DNA of 34,900 bases, from positions 1 to 34,900 of the forward strand of contig CAWAMW010000008.1 of the NCBI GenBank assembly GCA_963783305.1, given 5' to 3'. The notes under the pieces were generated by a model. That model was not told the DNA's origin and ran no database searches. It was given only the letters and a program-made list of their open reading frames with translations. Positions 1 to 10,028 of the stretch are shown here, one piece after another. The first letter of the stretch is position 1. Each line of letters opens with the position of its first letter. Both the position numbers and the translations under genes were made by a program. The stretch comes from an uncultured Gemmatimonadales bacterium. GTDB taxonomy: Bacteria > Gemmatimonadota > Gemmatimonadetes > Longimicrobiales > RSA9.

Positions 1-20
1 GGGATCTCCGCATCGCGCTC

Positions 21-52
21 TTTTTCTGACCGTCCGTTTTTCTGACCGTCCG
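21..52 (+). repeat. Perfect 16-bp tandem direct repeat (TTTTTCTGACCGTCCG x2)
   Basis: 21-36 and 37-52 are identical; lies about 110 bp upstream of the predicted cluster A promoter. Confidence 0.9.
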
Positions 53-163
53 CCATTGCCGGGGACGCCCGCGTGGCCCGGACCGCGTGCTGAGCGAGTC
101 CGAGGCTCATGGGAAGGGAAATCGCGGAGGGTCCGTCCTACCAAAAAGCGGCGGTGTATGTCA

Positions 164-192
164 TTGCTGGACCGGGCGAATCTCGCTATACA
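164..192 (+). promoter_or_regulatory. Candidate sigma70 promoter of cluster A
   Basis: TTGCTG (164-169), 17-nt spacer, TATACA (187-192), 41 nt before ATG 234; an AT-rich patch in GC-rich DNA. Confidence 0.5.
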
Positions 193-233
193 TCCAAATC
201 TCGCGGGGAGTATCTTTACCCAGTGAATTCCGG

Positions 234-2726
234 ATGACCTCCTTCACCTGCCGCAGGTTCATACTGGTATGTGCGGCCGCGGCTGCCTTTGTTGCCGCTG
301 ACGCCGTTTCATTAGGGGCGCAGCAGCCCGATACGGCTGCAGCGCGCCGACTAGCCGAAGAGCAACTGGGTCGTTCCCTCAGCACAGGGGAGATCCTGGA
401 ACGCATACGAGCCTCCGGTCTGTCGCGCGGAGAGGCGCATGAACGGCTCCGGCAACTCGGATATGATCCCGCGCTTGTCGACCCGTACTACGATTCCCTG
501 GAGCAGGGCGGGAGTCCTCTCCAGACCACGCGATCGGATGCCTCGTTCGCGAGGGCCCTGGAAAGCCTCAAGCGCGCGCCCCGATTCGACCTGACAGACA
601 CGGTCGAGGTGGATGCAGCCCGGGAAGAGGAATCGATTCGCAGCGATTCAGCAGGTCTTCCACTGTTCGGTCTCGATCTCTTCACTGGGGCGACCAGTGA
701 ATTCCAACCGGTGCAATATGGGCCGGTGGATTCGAGCTACCGACTGGGCCCGGGTGACGAAGTGCTGCTGGTCCTGACCGGCGGTGTGGAGACGGCCTAC
801 AGTCTGGAGGTGAACCGGCAGGGGTACATTGCCGTACCGGATGTGGGCCAGCTTCCGGTCACGGGGATGACGCTCGACCAGCTGGAGACGGCGCTCCGTC
901 AGTACATTGGACGGGTATATGAAGGCATTCGAGGGCCAGAGCCGACCATTCAGCTGCAGGTCTCTCTCGGCCGGCTGCGGACGAACCAGGTGTACATCGT
1001 TGGAGAGGTGGCGCGACCGGGCGCATACCAGGTGAGCGCGGTGGCCACAGCCTTCAACGCCCTGTACCGCGCCGGGGGACCTACACGAAACGGAAGCTTC
1101 CGGAACATCCGCGTCTGGCGTGGTGACCGCGTGGTTCAGGTGATCGATCTGTACGATTACCTGCTTTCCGGGGACAGCCGGAACGATATTCGCCTGGAGA
1201 ACGGGGACCGTATCCACGTCCCGCTGCCCGGCCCCCGAAGTGCAGTAGAAGGGAAGGTTCGGCGTCCCGGAATCTACGAACTGACTCCCGGTGAAAGCCT
1301 CGACGACCTGCTGCTGTATGCGGGTGGGTTCGAGCCGGATGCAGTGGTCCGGCGGATTCAGGTGGATCGAATCCTTCCACCCGCGGAGCGTCGACCCGGG
1401 GTAGATCGGGTCCTGCTGGATGTGGACCTTGCAGACCTCCTGGGGGCGCAATCTCCGGAAGTGCCAGTGCGGGACGGCGATGTCGTGCGTGTATTCGCGG
1501 TTTCATCGGATCGGAAGCACCGGGTCACGCTGACCGGGGCGGTGCGCCGCCCGGGCACGTACGAATGGTCTTCCCATCTCACGCTCGGAGAGCTATTCGC
1601 TCGGGCAGAGGGTCTCTCGGAGAGCGCCTACGAGGCAAGAGCGCATATTTTTCGGCTCGACGAGACGACCGGGCAACGGCGCTTGCTGAGCGTGGAGATC
1701 GATGGACAACAGGGCGCCTCGGAGCGTACCGTGCTCGCGGACCGTGACTCCGTGGTGGTCTACAGCCGAGTGGACCTGCGGACACCGCAGCTCGTCCGCG
1801 TAGAGGGCTACGTCAAGGAGCCCGGCACCTATCCGCTGGCGCAGGACATGACGGTGGAAGATCTGATCCTGACGGCTGGCGGTTTTTCGGAGGGAGCGTT
1901 CACGGGCAGCGTCGAAGTCGCGAGAACCCGGGACACGGGTACCCGCAATGACACCACGGCCGTAGTCCTGACCGTACCGATAGGAACGGAAACAGGTGGG
2001 CGGCTGATGGAGGGGGGGGGCGTGCCTCGCAGTATAGACTCCGCCGGGGTCCTGCCGGGGCTCGCGCCGGGACCGGACGAGTTCGAGCTTCGGCACGATG
2101 ACCGGGTGTTCGTTCGGCAGGATCCCGGCTACCGGGAACCGCAGACGGTGGTCATACACGGAGAAGTCGCATTTCCTGGAGAGTACGTTCTGGCGCGTCG
2201 AAACGAGCGGCTGATGGAGTTGATCGCGCGCGCGGGAGGGCTGACGGCGGATGCGCATGTCGCCGGCATCCACGTGCTGAGGGCGGGCAAGCCGGTAGCG
2301 CTCGACGCCGCCGAGGCTCTCCGCGACCCGAGTGGTCCGCCCAACCTCGTTCTGGAGGGTGGGGACAGTCTCCAGGTCCCGAGCTATGATCCGACCGTCC
2401 TGGTTCTCGGCGCCGTAAGCTTCGAGTCCCGGGTGCTCTACCGTCCTGGCGCTGATTTGAGCTACTACATCGAGCAGGCGGGCGGCTATCAGGAGCTGGC
2501 GGATGTCAAGCGTACCACGGTCACCCGCCAGAACGGGGAAAGGAAGAGCTCTCAGGCCGTGCTGATGTACCGGAGCAGTCCCGAAGTCACGCCTGGAAGC
2601 GTCATAGAAGTCCCCCTGGTTCCGGCGCAGGAGCGGAACGGGATCAACTGGGGGAGCGTGTTGTCGAGGGCTGCCACCCTTGCGAGCGTGACCGCCACGC
2701 TCCTGCTCGCGATCAATCAGATGTGA
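234..2726 (+). CDS. wza: Large OPX/Wza-KpsD-family polysaccharide export protein (Poly_export domain plus about 6 SLBB repeats)
   Basis: ATG 234 gives a signal peptide (MTSFTCRRFILVCAAAAAFVAADAVSLGA-QQ). Poly_export motif YRLGPGDEV..VNRQGYIAVPDVG; six G-x-V-x-x-PG-x-Y-like SLBB starts; C-terminal hydrophobic/amphipathic helix. The ORF-track start at 87 is probably an overextension. Confidence 0.9.
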   Translation: MTSFTCRRFILVCAAAAAFVAADAVSLGAQQPDTAAARRLAEEQLGRSLSTGEILERIRASGLSRGEAHERLRQLGYDPALVDPYYDSLEQGGSPLQTTRSDASFARALESLKRAPRFDLTDTVEVDAAREEESIRSDSAGLPLFGLDLFTGATSEFQPVQYGPVDSSYRLGPGDEVLLVLTGGVETAYSLEVNRQGYIAVPDVGQLPVTGMTLDQLETALRQYIGRVYEGIRGPEPTIQLQVSLGRLRTNQVYIVGEVARPGAYQVSAVATAFNALYRAGGPTRNGSFRNIRVWRGDRVVQVIDLYDYLLSGDSRNDIRLENGDRIHVPLPGPRSAVEGKVRRPGIYELTPGESLDDLLLYAGGFEPDAVVRRIQVDRILPPAERRPGVDRVLLDVDLADLLGAQSPEVPVRDGDVVRVFAVSSDRKHRVTLTGAVRRPGTYEWSSHLTLGELFARAEGLSESAYEARAHIFRLDETTGQRRLLSVEIDGQQGASERTVLADRDSVVVYSRVDLRTPQLVRVEGYVKEPGTYPLAQDMTVEDLILTAGGFSEGAFTGSVEVARTRDTGTRNDTTAVVLTVPIGTETGGRLMEGGGVPRSIDSAGVLPGLAPGPDEFELRHDDRVFVRQDPGYREPQTVVIHGEVAFPGEYVLARRNERLMELIARAGGLTADAHVAGIHVLRAGKPVALDAAEALRDPSGPPNLVLEGGDSLQVPSYDPTVLVLGAVSFESRVLYRPGADLSYYIEQAGGYQELADVKRTTVTRQNGERKSSQAVLMYRSSPEVTPGSVIEVPLVPAQERNGINWGSVLSRAATLASVTATLLLAINQM

Positions 2727-3913
2727 TGACGGATCATCGAGCAGAAGGTGCTGTGCATGGGGACGGTGGAAGCGGAGGCGCAGGGGAAGGGGCGGCGGCG
2801 TCCGCGCCTCCGAACGGGCAGGGCACGTACAGCTTCGTGGGTCTCCTTACGCTTCTGGTTCGGGAGCGACGGCTGTTGCTCGGATTGCCGTTGGCGGCCG
2901 CCGTGGCGGCGGTTCTGGCTGGCTTCCTGCTGCCGCGCACCTACTCGGCCGAGTCCAGGTTCATGCCGGAGACGGAGAGCCGCCTGCCTGCGGAGATGGC
3001 CGGCCTCGCGGCTCAGTTCGGGATCAGCCCACCGGGTGAGACGGAGTCGCTGGATTTCTACGTGGAGCTCCTCCGGACCAACGACTTCCTGAGGGAGGTC
3101 GTTCTCACGAGCTACCGCTTCCCGGTGGAAGAGGGACAGGACACGCTGTCCGGTACCCTGCTCGACTTGTGGCGGATCGAAGGGGAGGACCCGACCGAGA
3201 GGGTCCAGCAGGGGATTACAGAGCTCCGGGACGAGCGGATGGTGGCATACGTCCGGCGTTCAGCAGGGGTCATCTATCTCCAGACGGAAGCGGCCTGGCC
3301 GGCACTGGCCGAGCTATTGAACCAGCGGATGCTCGATCTGGTCAATCAATTCAACCTGGACCGCAGGCGCACGCACGCAACGGCGCAGCGTGAGTTCCTG
3401 GAGGTGCAGGTGACGGAGGCGGAGAACGACCTGCGAGGGGCCGAGAACGAGCTGGAGTCGTTCATTGCGGCCAACAGACGGTATGCCGATGCGCCCGAGA
3501 CGCGGTTCGAGTACCAGCGGTTGCAGCGCAGAGTGACTTTCCTGGAGCGGATTCACACGGCACGGGCGGAAGCCCTGGAGCAGGCTCGCCTGGAGGCGGT
3601 CCGCAACATGCCCGTGATCACCATTGTGGACGGTCCGGCCGGGACCGCGATCGAGGATCGGATCAATCCCTACGGCACGGCCCTCCTCGCGGCCTTGCTC
3701 GCGTTCGCCCTCGCCGTCGCGTACCTGCTCGTAAAGAGATTGCTCCGCGACGCCCGGCGGTCTCGCCCGGCCGAATACCTGGAGTTGATGGATGCCACCC
3801 GCCATACCGTGCGGGGCCTTCGAGCGCAAGCGTTCCTCCGCCGCGGCCGCTCGCCGGCGCCCCGAGAAGCCGCCACAGGCGACGCAGGGCGGGAGTCCCC
3901 TTCCGATGGCTGA
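2723..3913 (+). CDS. wzz: Polysaccharide co-polymerase / chain-length determinant (Wzz/GNVR-like, no kinase domain)
   Basis: N-terminal TM followed by PRTYSAESRFMP, coiled-coil periplasmic region, ITIVDGP motif before the second TM; no Walker A or Tyr cluster. Confidence 0.8.
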   Translation: MMTDHRAEGAVHGDGGSGGAGEGAAASAPPNGQGTYSFVGLLTLLVRERRLLLGLPLAAAVAAVLAGFLLPRTYSAESRFMPETESRLPAEMAGLAAQFGISPPGETESLDFYVELLRTNDFLREVVLTSYRFPVEEGQDTLSGTLLDLWRIEGEDPTERVQQGITELRDERMVAYVRRSAGVIYLQTEAAWPALAELLNQRMLDLVNQFNLDRRRTHATAQREFLEVQVTEAENDLRGAENELESFIAANRRYADAPETRFEYQRLQRRVTFLERIHTARAEALEQARLEAVRNMPVITIVDGPAGTAIEDRINPYGTALLAALLAFALAVAYLLVKRLLRDARRSRPAEYLELMDATRHTVRGLRAQAFLRRGRSPAPREAATGDAGRESPSDG

Positions 3914-4415
3914 ATTCTCCCGAATCGCCGAAGATGTGTCCCTCGGCCGGAACGTGGTGGTCCACGGCTTCGTCAACCTGTACGGCTGCAGTATCGGGGA
4001 TGACTCCCGCATCGGCACATTCGTGGAAATCCAGAAAGGCGTGGTGGTGGGCCGGCGGTGCAAGATCCAGAGCCACACGTTCATCTGCGAGGGAGTCACG
4101 ATAGAGGACGAAGTGTTCATCGGGCACCATGTCTGTTTCATCAACGACCGCCTCCCGCGAGCGGTGAACCGCGCAGGGCGACCCGCGTCAGAAGGGGAGT
4201 GGAAGCTGGAGCCGACACGGGTGCAGCACGGGGCCTCCATAGGATCCGGTGCCGTGATCTTGGGCGGCTTGACGATCGGGCGGGGCGCGATGGTCGGAGC
4301 TGGAGCGGTCGTGACCCGTAATGTGGCGAGCGGCGACACGGTGGTGGGGAATCCGGCCCGAGTCCTGCACAGTGGCTCGGAGAACGCAACCTCCACCCGA
4401 GCCGATACGAAATAG
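3906..4415 (+). CDS. Hexapeptide-repeat (LbH) sugar N-acetyltransferase
   Basis: NLYGCSIGDDSRIGTFVEIQKGVVVGRRCKIQSHTFICEGVTIEDEVFIGH and VGAGAVVTRNV..VVGNPAR. ATG 3906 overlaps the upstream stop. Confidence 0.88.
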   Translation: MAEFSRIAEDVSLGRNVVVHGFVNLYGCSIGDDSRIGTFVEIQKGVVVGRRCKIQSHTFICEGVTIEDEVFIGHHVCFINDRLPRAVNRAGRPASEGEWKLEPTRVQHGASIGSGAVILGGLTIGRGAMVGAGAVVTRNVASGDTVVGNPARVLHSGSENATSTRADTK

Positions 4416-5123
4416 ATGGGCAGCACAGCACCGCTGGTCGGGAAGGCAAGTCTATCGGCCGACCCGCTCGAACACGTGCGAGCATCGCCACCCGTTCTTC
4501 GTTCCCGCGCGAAGCGGGCGGTGGACTGTGTCGTGGCGACACTCCTCATCCTCGTTCTCATCCCTTTCGCGCTTCTACTCGCGCTGGCGATCTGGCTGGA
4601 TTCCAGGGGGCCCGTCCTGTTCCGTCAGAAACGGGTGGGGCTCCATGGCGAGGTCTTTCGCCTGTACAAGTTCCGCTCGATGGTCCATGGGTGTGATCCG
4701 GATCCCCACCGCGCATACGTGACCGGGTTGGTGAACGGAGAGCGGGAGTCCAAGAACGGCGGCGGCGTCTACAAGCTGGTGGATGATGACCGTGTGACCC
4801 GCACAGGTCGAATACTGCGTCGGTTTTCGCTGGACGAGCTCCCGCAGCTTCTGAACGTGGTTCGGGGAGAGATGAGTCTGGTGGGGCCGCGCCCGCCCCT
4901 GCCGTACGAGGTGGAAGAGTACGACAGCTGGCAGCTCCGCCGTCTCACGTGCCGTCCGGGCCTTACGGGACTGTGGCAGGTGTCGGGTCGCAGTCGACTG
5001 AGCTATCGTGACATGGTGGGCCTGGATCTCGAATATATCGACGCCTGGAGCCTGGGCCTGGACGCACGCATTCTGCTGAGGACGATTCCAGTGGTGCTGC
5101 GGAACACGGGCGCTGCACATTGA
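4416..5123 (+). CDS. Monotopic phosphoglycosyltransferase (Bac_transf, priming sugar transferase)
   Basis: KR..D, GPVLFRQKRVG, KFRSM, DDRVT..GRILRRFSLDELPQLLNV..GEMSLVGPRP and PGLTGLWQVSGRS motifs. Confidence 0.93.
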   Translation: MGSTAPLVGKASLSADPLEHVRASPPVLRSRAKRAVDCVVATLLILVLIPFALLLALAIWLDSRGPVLFRQKRVGLHGEVFRLYKFRSMVHGCDPDPHRAYVTGLVNGERESKNGGGVYKLVDDDRVTRTGRILRRFSLDELPQLLNVVRGEMSLVGPRPPLPYEVEEYDSWQLRRLTCRPGLTGLWQVSGRSRLSYRDMVGLDLEYIDAWSLGLDARILLRTIPVVLRNTGAAH

Positions 5124-5133
5124 GAGGGCAGAG

Positions 5134-6181
5134 ATGGATATAGTCAGAGTGGCGGTGCTCGGCTGCGGGTACTGGGGGCCGAACCTCGCGCGCAACTTCG
5201 CACGCGCTCCGGGCGCACGCCTGGTCGCGGTCGCAGACATCATCCGGGAGAGGGCAGAGAAGGTCGGACAGGAGTACCGGGTCGGTCTGGTGACGGATGA
5301 TCCCGATCGGGTTCTCAGCCATCCCTCCATAGACCTCGTGGTGATCGCGACCCCGGTCTGGACCCATTACGACCTGGCCCGAAAGGCGCTGGAATCCGGC
5401 AAGCACGTCCTGGTGATGAAGCCGCTCACGGTCTCCACGGAGCAGGCGGAGGAGCTGTGCGATCTGGCGGCCCGCATGGGCCTGCTGCTCGCTGTGGACC
5501 ACACCTTCATCTTCACCGGTGCGGTTCAGAAGATGAAGGAGCTCGTAGACTCCCGTGAGCTGGGGGAGCTGTACTACTTCGACTCCGTCCGCATCAACCT
5601 GGGCCTGTTCCAGCACGACGTGAACGTGCTCTGGGACCTGGCGCCACACGATCTCTCGATCATGGACTACCTCGTGGACCGGCTCCCGGACGAGGTCACG
5701 GCGGTAGGCATGTCCCATGGCGACAGCCCGACGGAGAACATTCGCGTATCTGACCGTGCGTTACGGGGATTCCTTCCTGGGACACGTGCACGTCAACTGG
5801 CTTGCGCCGGCGAAGGTCCGGCGCACGATCGTGGGCGGGAGCCGGAAGATGCTGGTGTACGACGACATGGAGCCGAGCGAGAAGGTTCGGGTGTACGACA
5901 AGGGGGTATCCTTCCTGGCTGAGGCGAGCGACCCGACCGAGCGCGAGTACAAGTCGCTCGTCTCGTATCGCTCCGGGGACATGCGCGTGCCCCAGCTCAG
6001 TACGCGGGAAGCACTGGCGGTGGAGGTGGAGAACGTGATCGGGGCGATCCAGGGCCGAAACGAGCTGCTGGTCGACGGGCGAGATGGGAGTCGGGTCGTG
6101 ACGATCCTGGAGGCAGCGGAGCGATCGATCCGGCAGTCGGGCACTCCGCAGCCCCTCGGCGGCAACATCGCCTGGGCGTAG
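5134..6181 (+). CDS. Gfo/Idh/MocA oxidoreductase (probable sugar C3-oxidase); one frameshift near 5741
   Basis: GCGYWGPNLARNF, IATP..THY, KP, WDLAPHD. Removing one T at 5741-5742 gives ENIAYLTV..HVNWLAPAKVR and joins ORFs 5134..5922 and 5717..6181. Confidence 0.85.
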
Positions 6182-6185
6182 CACG

Positions 6186-7383
6186 ATGAGCAAGGGAGTG
6201 GCTGCGGAGCGGCGGGCGGTTCCCTTCATGGACCTCCTGGCCCAGCACACCGGCGTGCGCTCGGAGATCCTGGAGGTCATCGGCCGGATCATCGACGAAT
6301 CGGCGTTCGTGGGCGGAGAACGCGTGGAGCAGTTCGAAGAGAACTTCGCGCGCTTCGTCGGGGTGGAGCATGCGGTGGGTGTCGGCACCGGAACCGATGC
6401 CGTGCGAATCGCGCTGCAGGCGGTCGGAGTGGGCGCCGGAGACGCAGTTCTGACTGTGTCGCACACCTTCATTGCGACAGCAGAGGCTGTGACGCAGCTG
6501 GGAGCCACGCCGCTCTTCGTAGACGTGTCGTCCGAGTCGCGCACCATGGATCCCGTGGCGACGGCCCGTGTGCTGAGAGAGCAGTGCCGCCGGGAGCCGG
6601 GTGGGACGGTGGTGCACGAGTCCAGCAGTCGCCGGGTGGCCGCGATTCTCCCCGTGCACCTGTACGGTCAGAGCGCGGACATGGCGCCTCTGCTGGCGCT
6701 GGCGGCGGAGTTCGGTCTCCCTCTCGTGGAGGACGCTGCGCAGGCGCACGGGGCGCGGGTACATCGCTCCAGATGGCGAGGAGCTTCCGTGTGGGAGCAT
6801 GGGAGACGTTGCTGCTTTCTCGTTCTACCCTGGGAAGAACCTCGGCGCCATGGGTGAGGCGGGAGCGGTCGTCACGCGGTCGCAGGACATCGCGGATCGA
6901 GCCCGGCTGCTCCGCGACCACGGCCAGAGGGAGAAGTACGTCCACGTGCGGGCCGACGGCGGCAATTCCCGGCTGGATGCCATACAGGCGGCCGTGCTGG
7001 ATCTGAAGCTGCCCCATGTGTCCGAGTGGAACGAAGCCCGACGCAGGGTCGCGGCGCACTATTCCAGCCGGCTCGCGGGAAGCGCGGTGATGCCTCCCAT
7101 GGAGATGCCGTACGCCCGGCACGTGTACCACCTCTACGTGATCGGCTATCCCGAACGGGACCGCCTCCAGAAGGCGCTGCGAGAGGTCGGGATCGGCACC
7201 GGGCTCCATTATCCGATCCCCGTCCACCGCCAGGAGGCCTACGCGGCGGCGGATCTCGCCATGGATCCGCTCCCGGTCACAGATCGCCTCGCCTCCACGG
7301 CACTATCGCTACCGATGTACCCGCACCTGGAGCTCGAAACAGCGGACTACGTCGCCGACCAGATTCTACGGCACGTGGTGTGA
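6186..7383 (+). CDS. DegT/DnrJ/EryC1/StrS PLP aminotransferase; one frameshift near 6759
   Basis: VPFMDL, GTDA, TFIAT, PVHLYGQ, EDAAQAHG, then FSFYPGKNLGAMGEAG and NSRLDAIQAA in the next frame; extra G in GGG at 6757-6759. Confidence 0.88.
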
Positions 7384-7435
7384 CGCAGGCGAGCCCTCCA
7401 GCAAGGATCGCTGGTCGCTTACCAGGATTATCGGG

Positions 7436-8847
7436 ATGACCCCCGCCGTTCCGGGGGGGGGCGGCTCCTGTTGATCGGCGCGGCTGTCGGTGTCGGGGTC
7501 GTGCTCCTGGGCCACGTCATGGGGCCCGCGTGGCCGATCGGCGCCCTGGTGCTCGCGGCGGCGCTGATCGTTGGCCTGCTTCTTTTCCTGGTCCACCCCC
7601 GGGCGGTGCTGGTTGCCTATCTCTTTCTGCTGCCCCTCGCGATGCCATACCCGCTGGGGATAGGGCTGAACCTCGGGGAGGTCCTGACTCTGGGCCTGCT
7701 CGTCCTCGGGGTGGGGGGACTATGGCATGGGCGGGAGCGGCTTCCGGCTGCTCTCCGAGCGCTGACACCCATGCTGCTGCCCCTCGCGGGATTCGTGGTC
7801 GTCAGCATGGCGTCGACCCTCGTCAACGACGTGGACACCTTCGAGGGCATCGCGGCCGCCGTCTTCAAGGGAGTCGCGTTCGGAGTCGTAGCCGTTCTGG
7901 TGCACGTGTACGCCGACAGCCGGGCGGCGGGCATGGCCCTGCTCAGGGCCATCCTGCTGGGCGGCGCGGCCGTGGCGTTCTACAGCATCGTCTCCTATCT
8001 CGCGGGCTGGAGCTACAGCGAGACCTACGGCTACAATCGGGCGGTGGGTACGTTCTCCACCTGGAACCACCTCGGCGGCTTCATGGCGCTGGTGAGCGTG
8101 CCGACGGTAGCGTACGCATGGACGACCCGAAGGCCCGTCCTGCGGAGCTTCCTCCTCCTGGCGTTCGTGGCGGAGCTCCTTGCCATTCTGCTCGCCCTGA
8201 CGCTGGGGTCCGTAGTGGCGCTGCTCCTGGCCGCGGGGGTGGCGGCCACGTTCCTGTTCAAGGTCAACTGGCGGCGTGTGGGGCCGGGAGTGCTCCTGGC
8301 CCTCGGTGCCTTTGCCACGGTGTGGTTCACGAACCCGCTGCTACGTGACAAGTTCGGGCACCTCGACGATCGCCTGATCGATCGGTTCCGGACGTACGAG
8401 GTCGGGATCTCAATGTTCCGCGACCAGTTCTGGTTCGGATTCGGCAGCCCCGAGAGGGTGGAGTCGATCCTCCGTCTGACGAGCCGCTACGCGATGACGA
8501 CGTTCGGCGAAACCAGCACGGTCCCGCACAACGCGCTCCTGCTCATGGGGGTGGAGAAAGGTGTCTTCGGGCTGATCTTCTTTGCTCTGGTCGTAGCCGG
8601 GAGTCTGTGGCTGGTGGTGCGCGAGAAGAAATCGTTCCGTGGGACGTCGCTGGAAGTGGTGCACCAGGGGATTACGGTCGGCGTCCTGGCATTTCTGATC
8701 CAGAGCATGGGCAACAACCTGGTGGTCCATGCGCGGCTCGGAATCCTGTACTTCGCTCTGGTGGCGCTCGCCGTGCGGTTTCGGGAGGAGGCGGCGATCG
8801 AGATGAAGAGCCCCCTTCCGCGAAGTGCCCCCGGTCGCGACGCATGA
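7436..8847 (+). CDS. wzy: O-antigen polymerase/ligase family membrane protein (Wzy of cluster A); start either ATG 7436 through a G9 tract (out of frame as given) or TTG 7471
   Basis: Many TM segments, RAVGTFSTWNHLG, R..TY..GISMF..FWFGFG and PHN..L motifs of Wzy_C/WaaL. AGGA lies 8 nt before ATG 7436. Confidence 0.75.
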
Positions 8848-10028
8848 AGCGGGATGTCCTGGTGGTGGCGCACAGCCATTACCCCTCGGATCCGCGCATC
8901 CGGAAGGAAGTGGCTGCGCTCCTGGATGCAGGCCGGTCCGTCGACATCCTCTGTTTGCGGGGGTCGGGGGAGAAGCGGCGGGAGAAGTCTGAAGCGCTGC
9001 GCGTGTGGCGGCTACCGGTCGCGCGCAACCGTCAGGCTCGTCTGACCATGTACGTCCTCGAGTACGGGATGTTCATGCTTCTGGCTGCGGCCGCGGTCCC
9101 GTGGATATGGCTGCGCGGCAGGCATTCCGTCGTCCAGACGCATACATTGCCCGACCCGCTGGTGCTCACGGGGCTCATCCCCCAGTTCTTCGGAGCGCGC
9201 CTCGTGCTGGACATGCACGAGCTGACGCCGGAGTTCTTCTCATCCCGCACGCGGTTGCCATGGGGGCACCCGGTGATTCGTTTGCTGCTGCTCCTGGAAA
9301 AGCTCAGCTGCCGGGTGGCAGACCATATCATCACAGTGAGCGAACCGGTTGGTGCGGTACTCCAGGAACGCGGGGTCCCGGCCGACAAGATCACCATCGT
9401 AATGAACACGTCACAGGCTCGGAGATCGCCCCCGACGGCACGGGCGGACGGTGGACCCTTCACACTGGTCTACGCGGGGCTTGTGAGCGAGCTCTATGAT
9501 CTGACCACGGCTCTACACGCCTTCGCCATCCTGGCGCACCGAGGGTGCCGCGATATCGCGCTCCGGGTGGTCGGCGATGGGCCGCAGATGGCCGCCCTCC
9601 AGGAGGCGACGGAAGAGCTCGGCCTGAGCGAACAGGTGCTCTTCCACGGGCGCGTGCAGCCCGAAACGGTTCCTGAACTGCTGGAGAATGCCGACGCGGC
9701 CCTGGTTCCTCTCGCTGCGGTACCGTACATGGAGTTCGCGCTGCCAACCAAGGTCTTCGAGGCCATTGCTGCGGGGCTGCCGGTCATCACCACCCGTTTT
9801 CGCACGGTCCGGCACTACTTCGGCGAGGACGCGCTCTGCTTCGTGGAGCCGGCGAACGCGGAGGCACTCGCGGCTCGGCTCCTGGAGCTGAGGGACGACG
9901 TCGCGCTGCGGGAGCAGTATGCCCGCCGTGGCTCGATGGTGGCCCGTTCATTGTCCTGGGAGAGCCAGGTCGTGGCGTATCTCGAGGCGATGCAGTGCTC
10001 GGGCGACACGTCAATGCGGAGGTCGTAG
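8844..10028 (+). CDS. GT4 glycosyltransferase
   Basis: YPSDPRIRKE, LDMHELTPE, ADHIITVS, VVGDGP, PTKVFEAIAAGLPVI. ATG 8844 overlaps the wzy stop (ATGA). Confidence 0.9.
   Translation: MKRDVLVVAHSHYPSDPRIRKEVAALLDAGRSVDILCLRGSGEKRREKSEALRVWRLPVARNRQARLTMYVLEYGMFMLLAAAAVPWIWLRGRHSVVQTHTLPDPLVLTGLIPQFFGARLVLDMHELTPEFFSSRTRLPWGHPVIRLLLLLEKLSCRVADHIITVSEPVGAVLQERGVPADKITIVMNTSQARRSPPTARADGGPFTLVYAGLVSELYDLTTALHAFAILAHRGCRDIALRVVGDGPQMAALQEATEELGLSEQVLFHGRVQPETVPELLENADAALVPLAAVPYMEFALPTKVFEAIAAGLPVITTRFRTVRHYFGEDALCFVEPANAEALAARLLELRDDVALREQYARRGSMVARSLSWESQVVAYLEAMQCSGDTSMRRS

Noticed and set aside
2012..2020. G9 tract in wza (also G8 at 11854-11861 in a GT4)
   Set aside because: Both are in frame, encode Gly runs late in the gene and show no sign of switching; kept only as context for the wzy tract.
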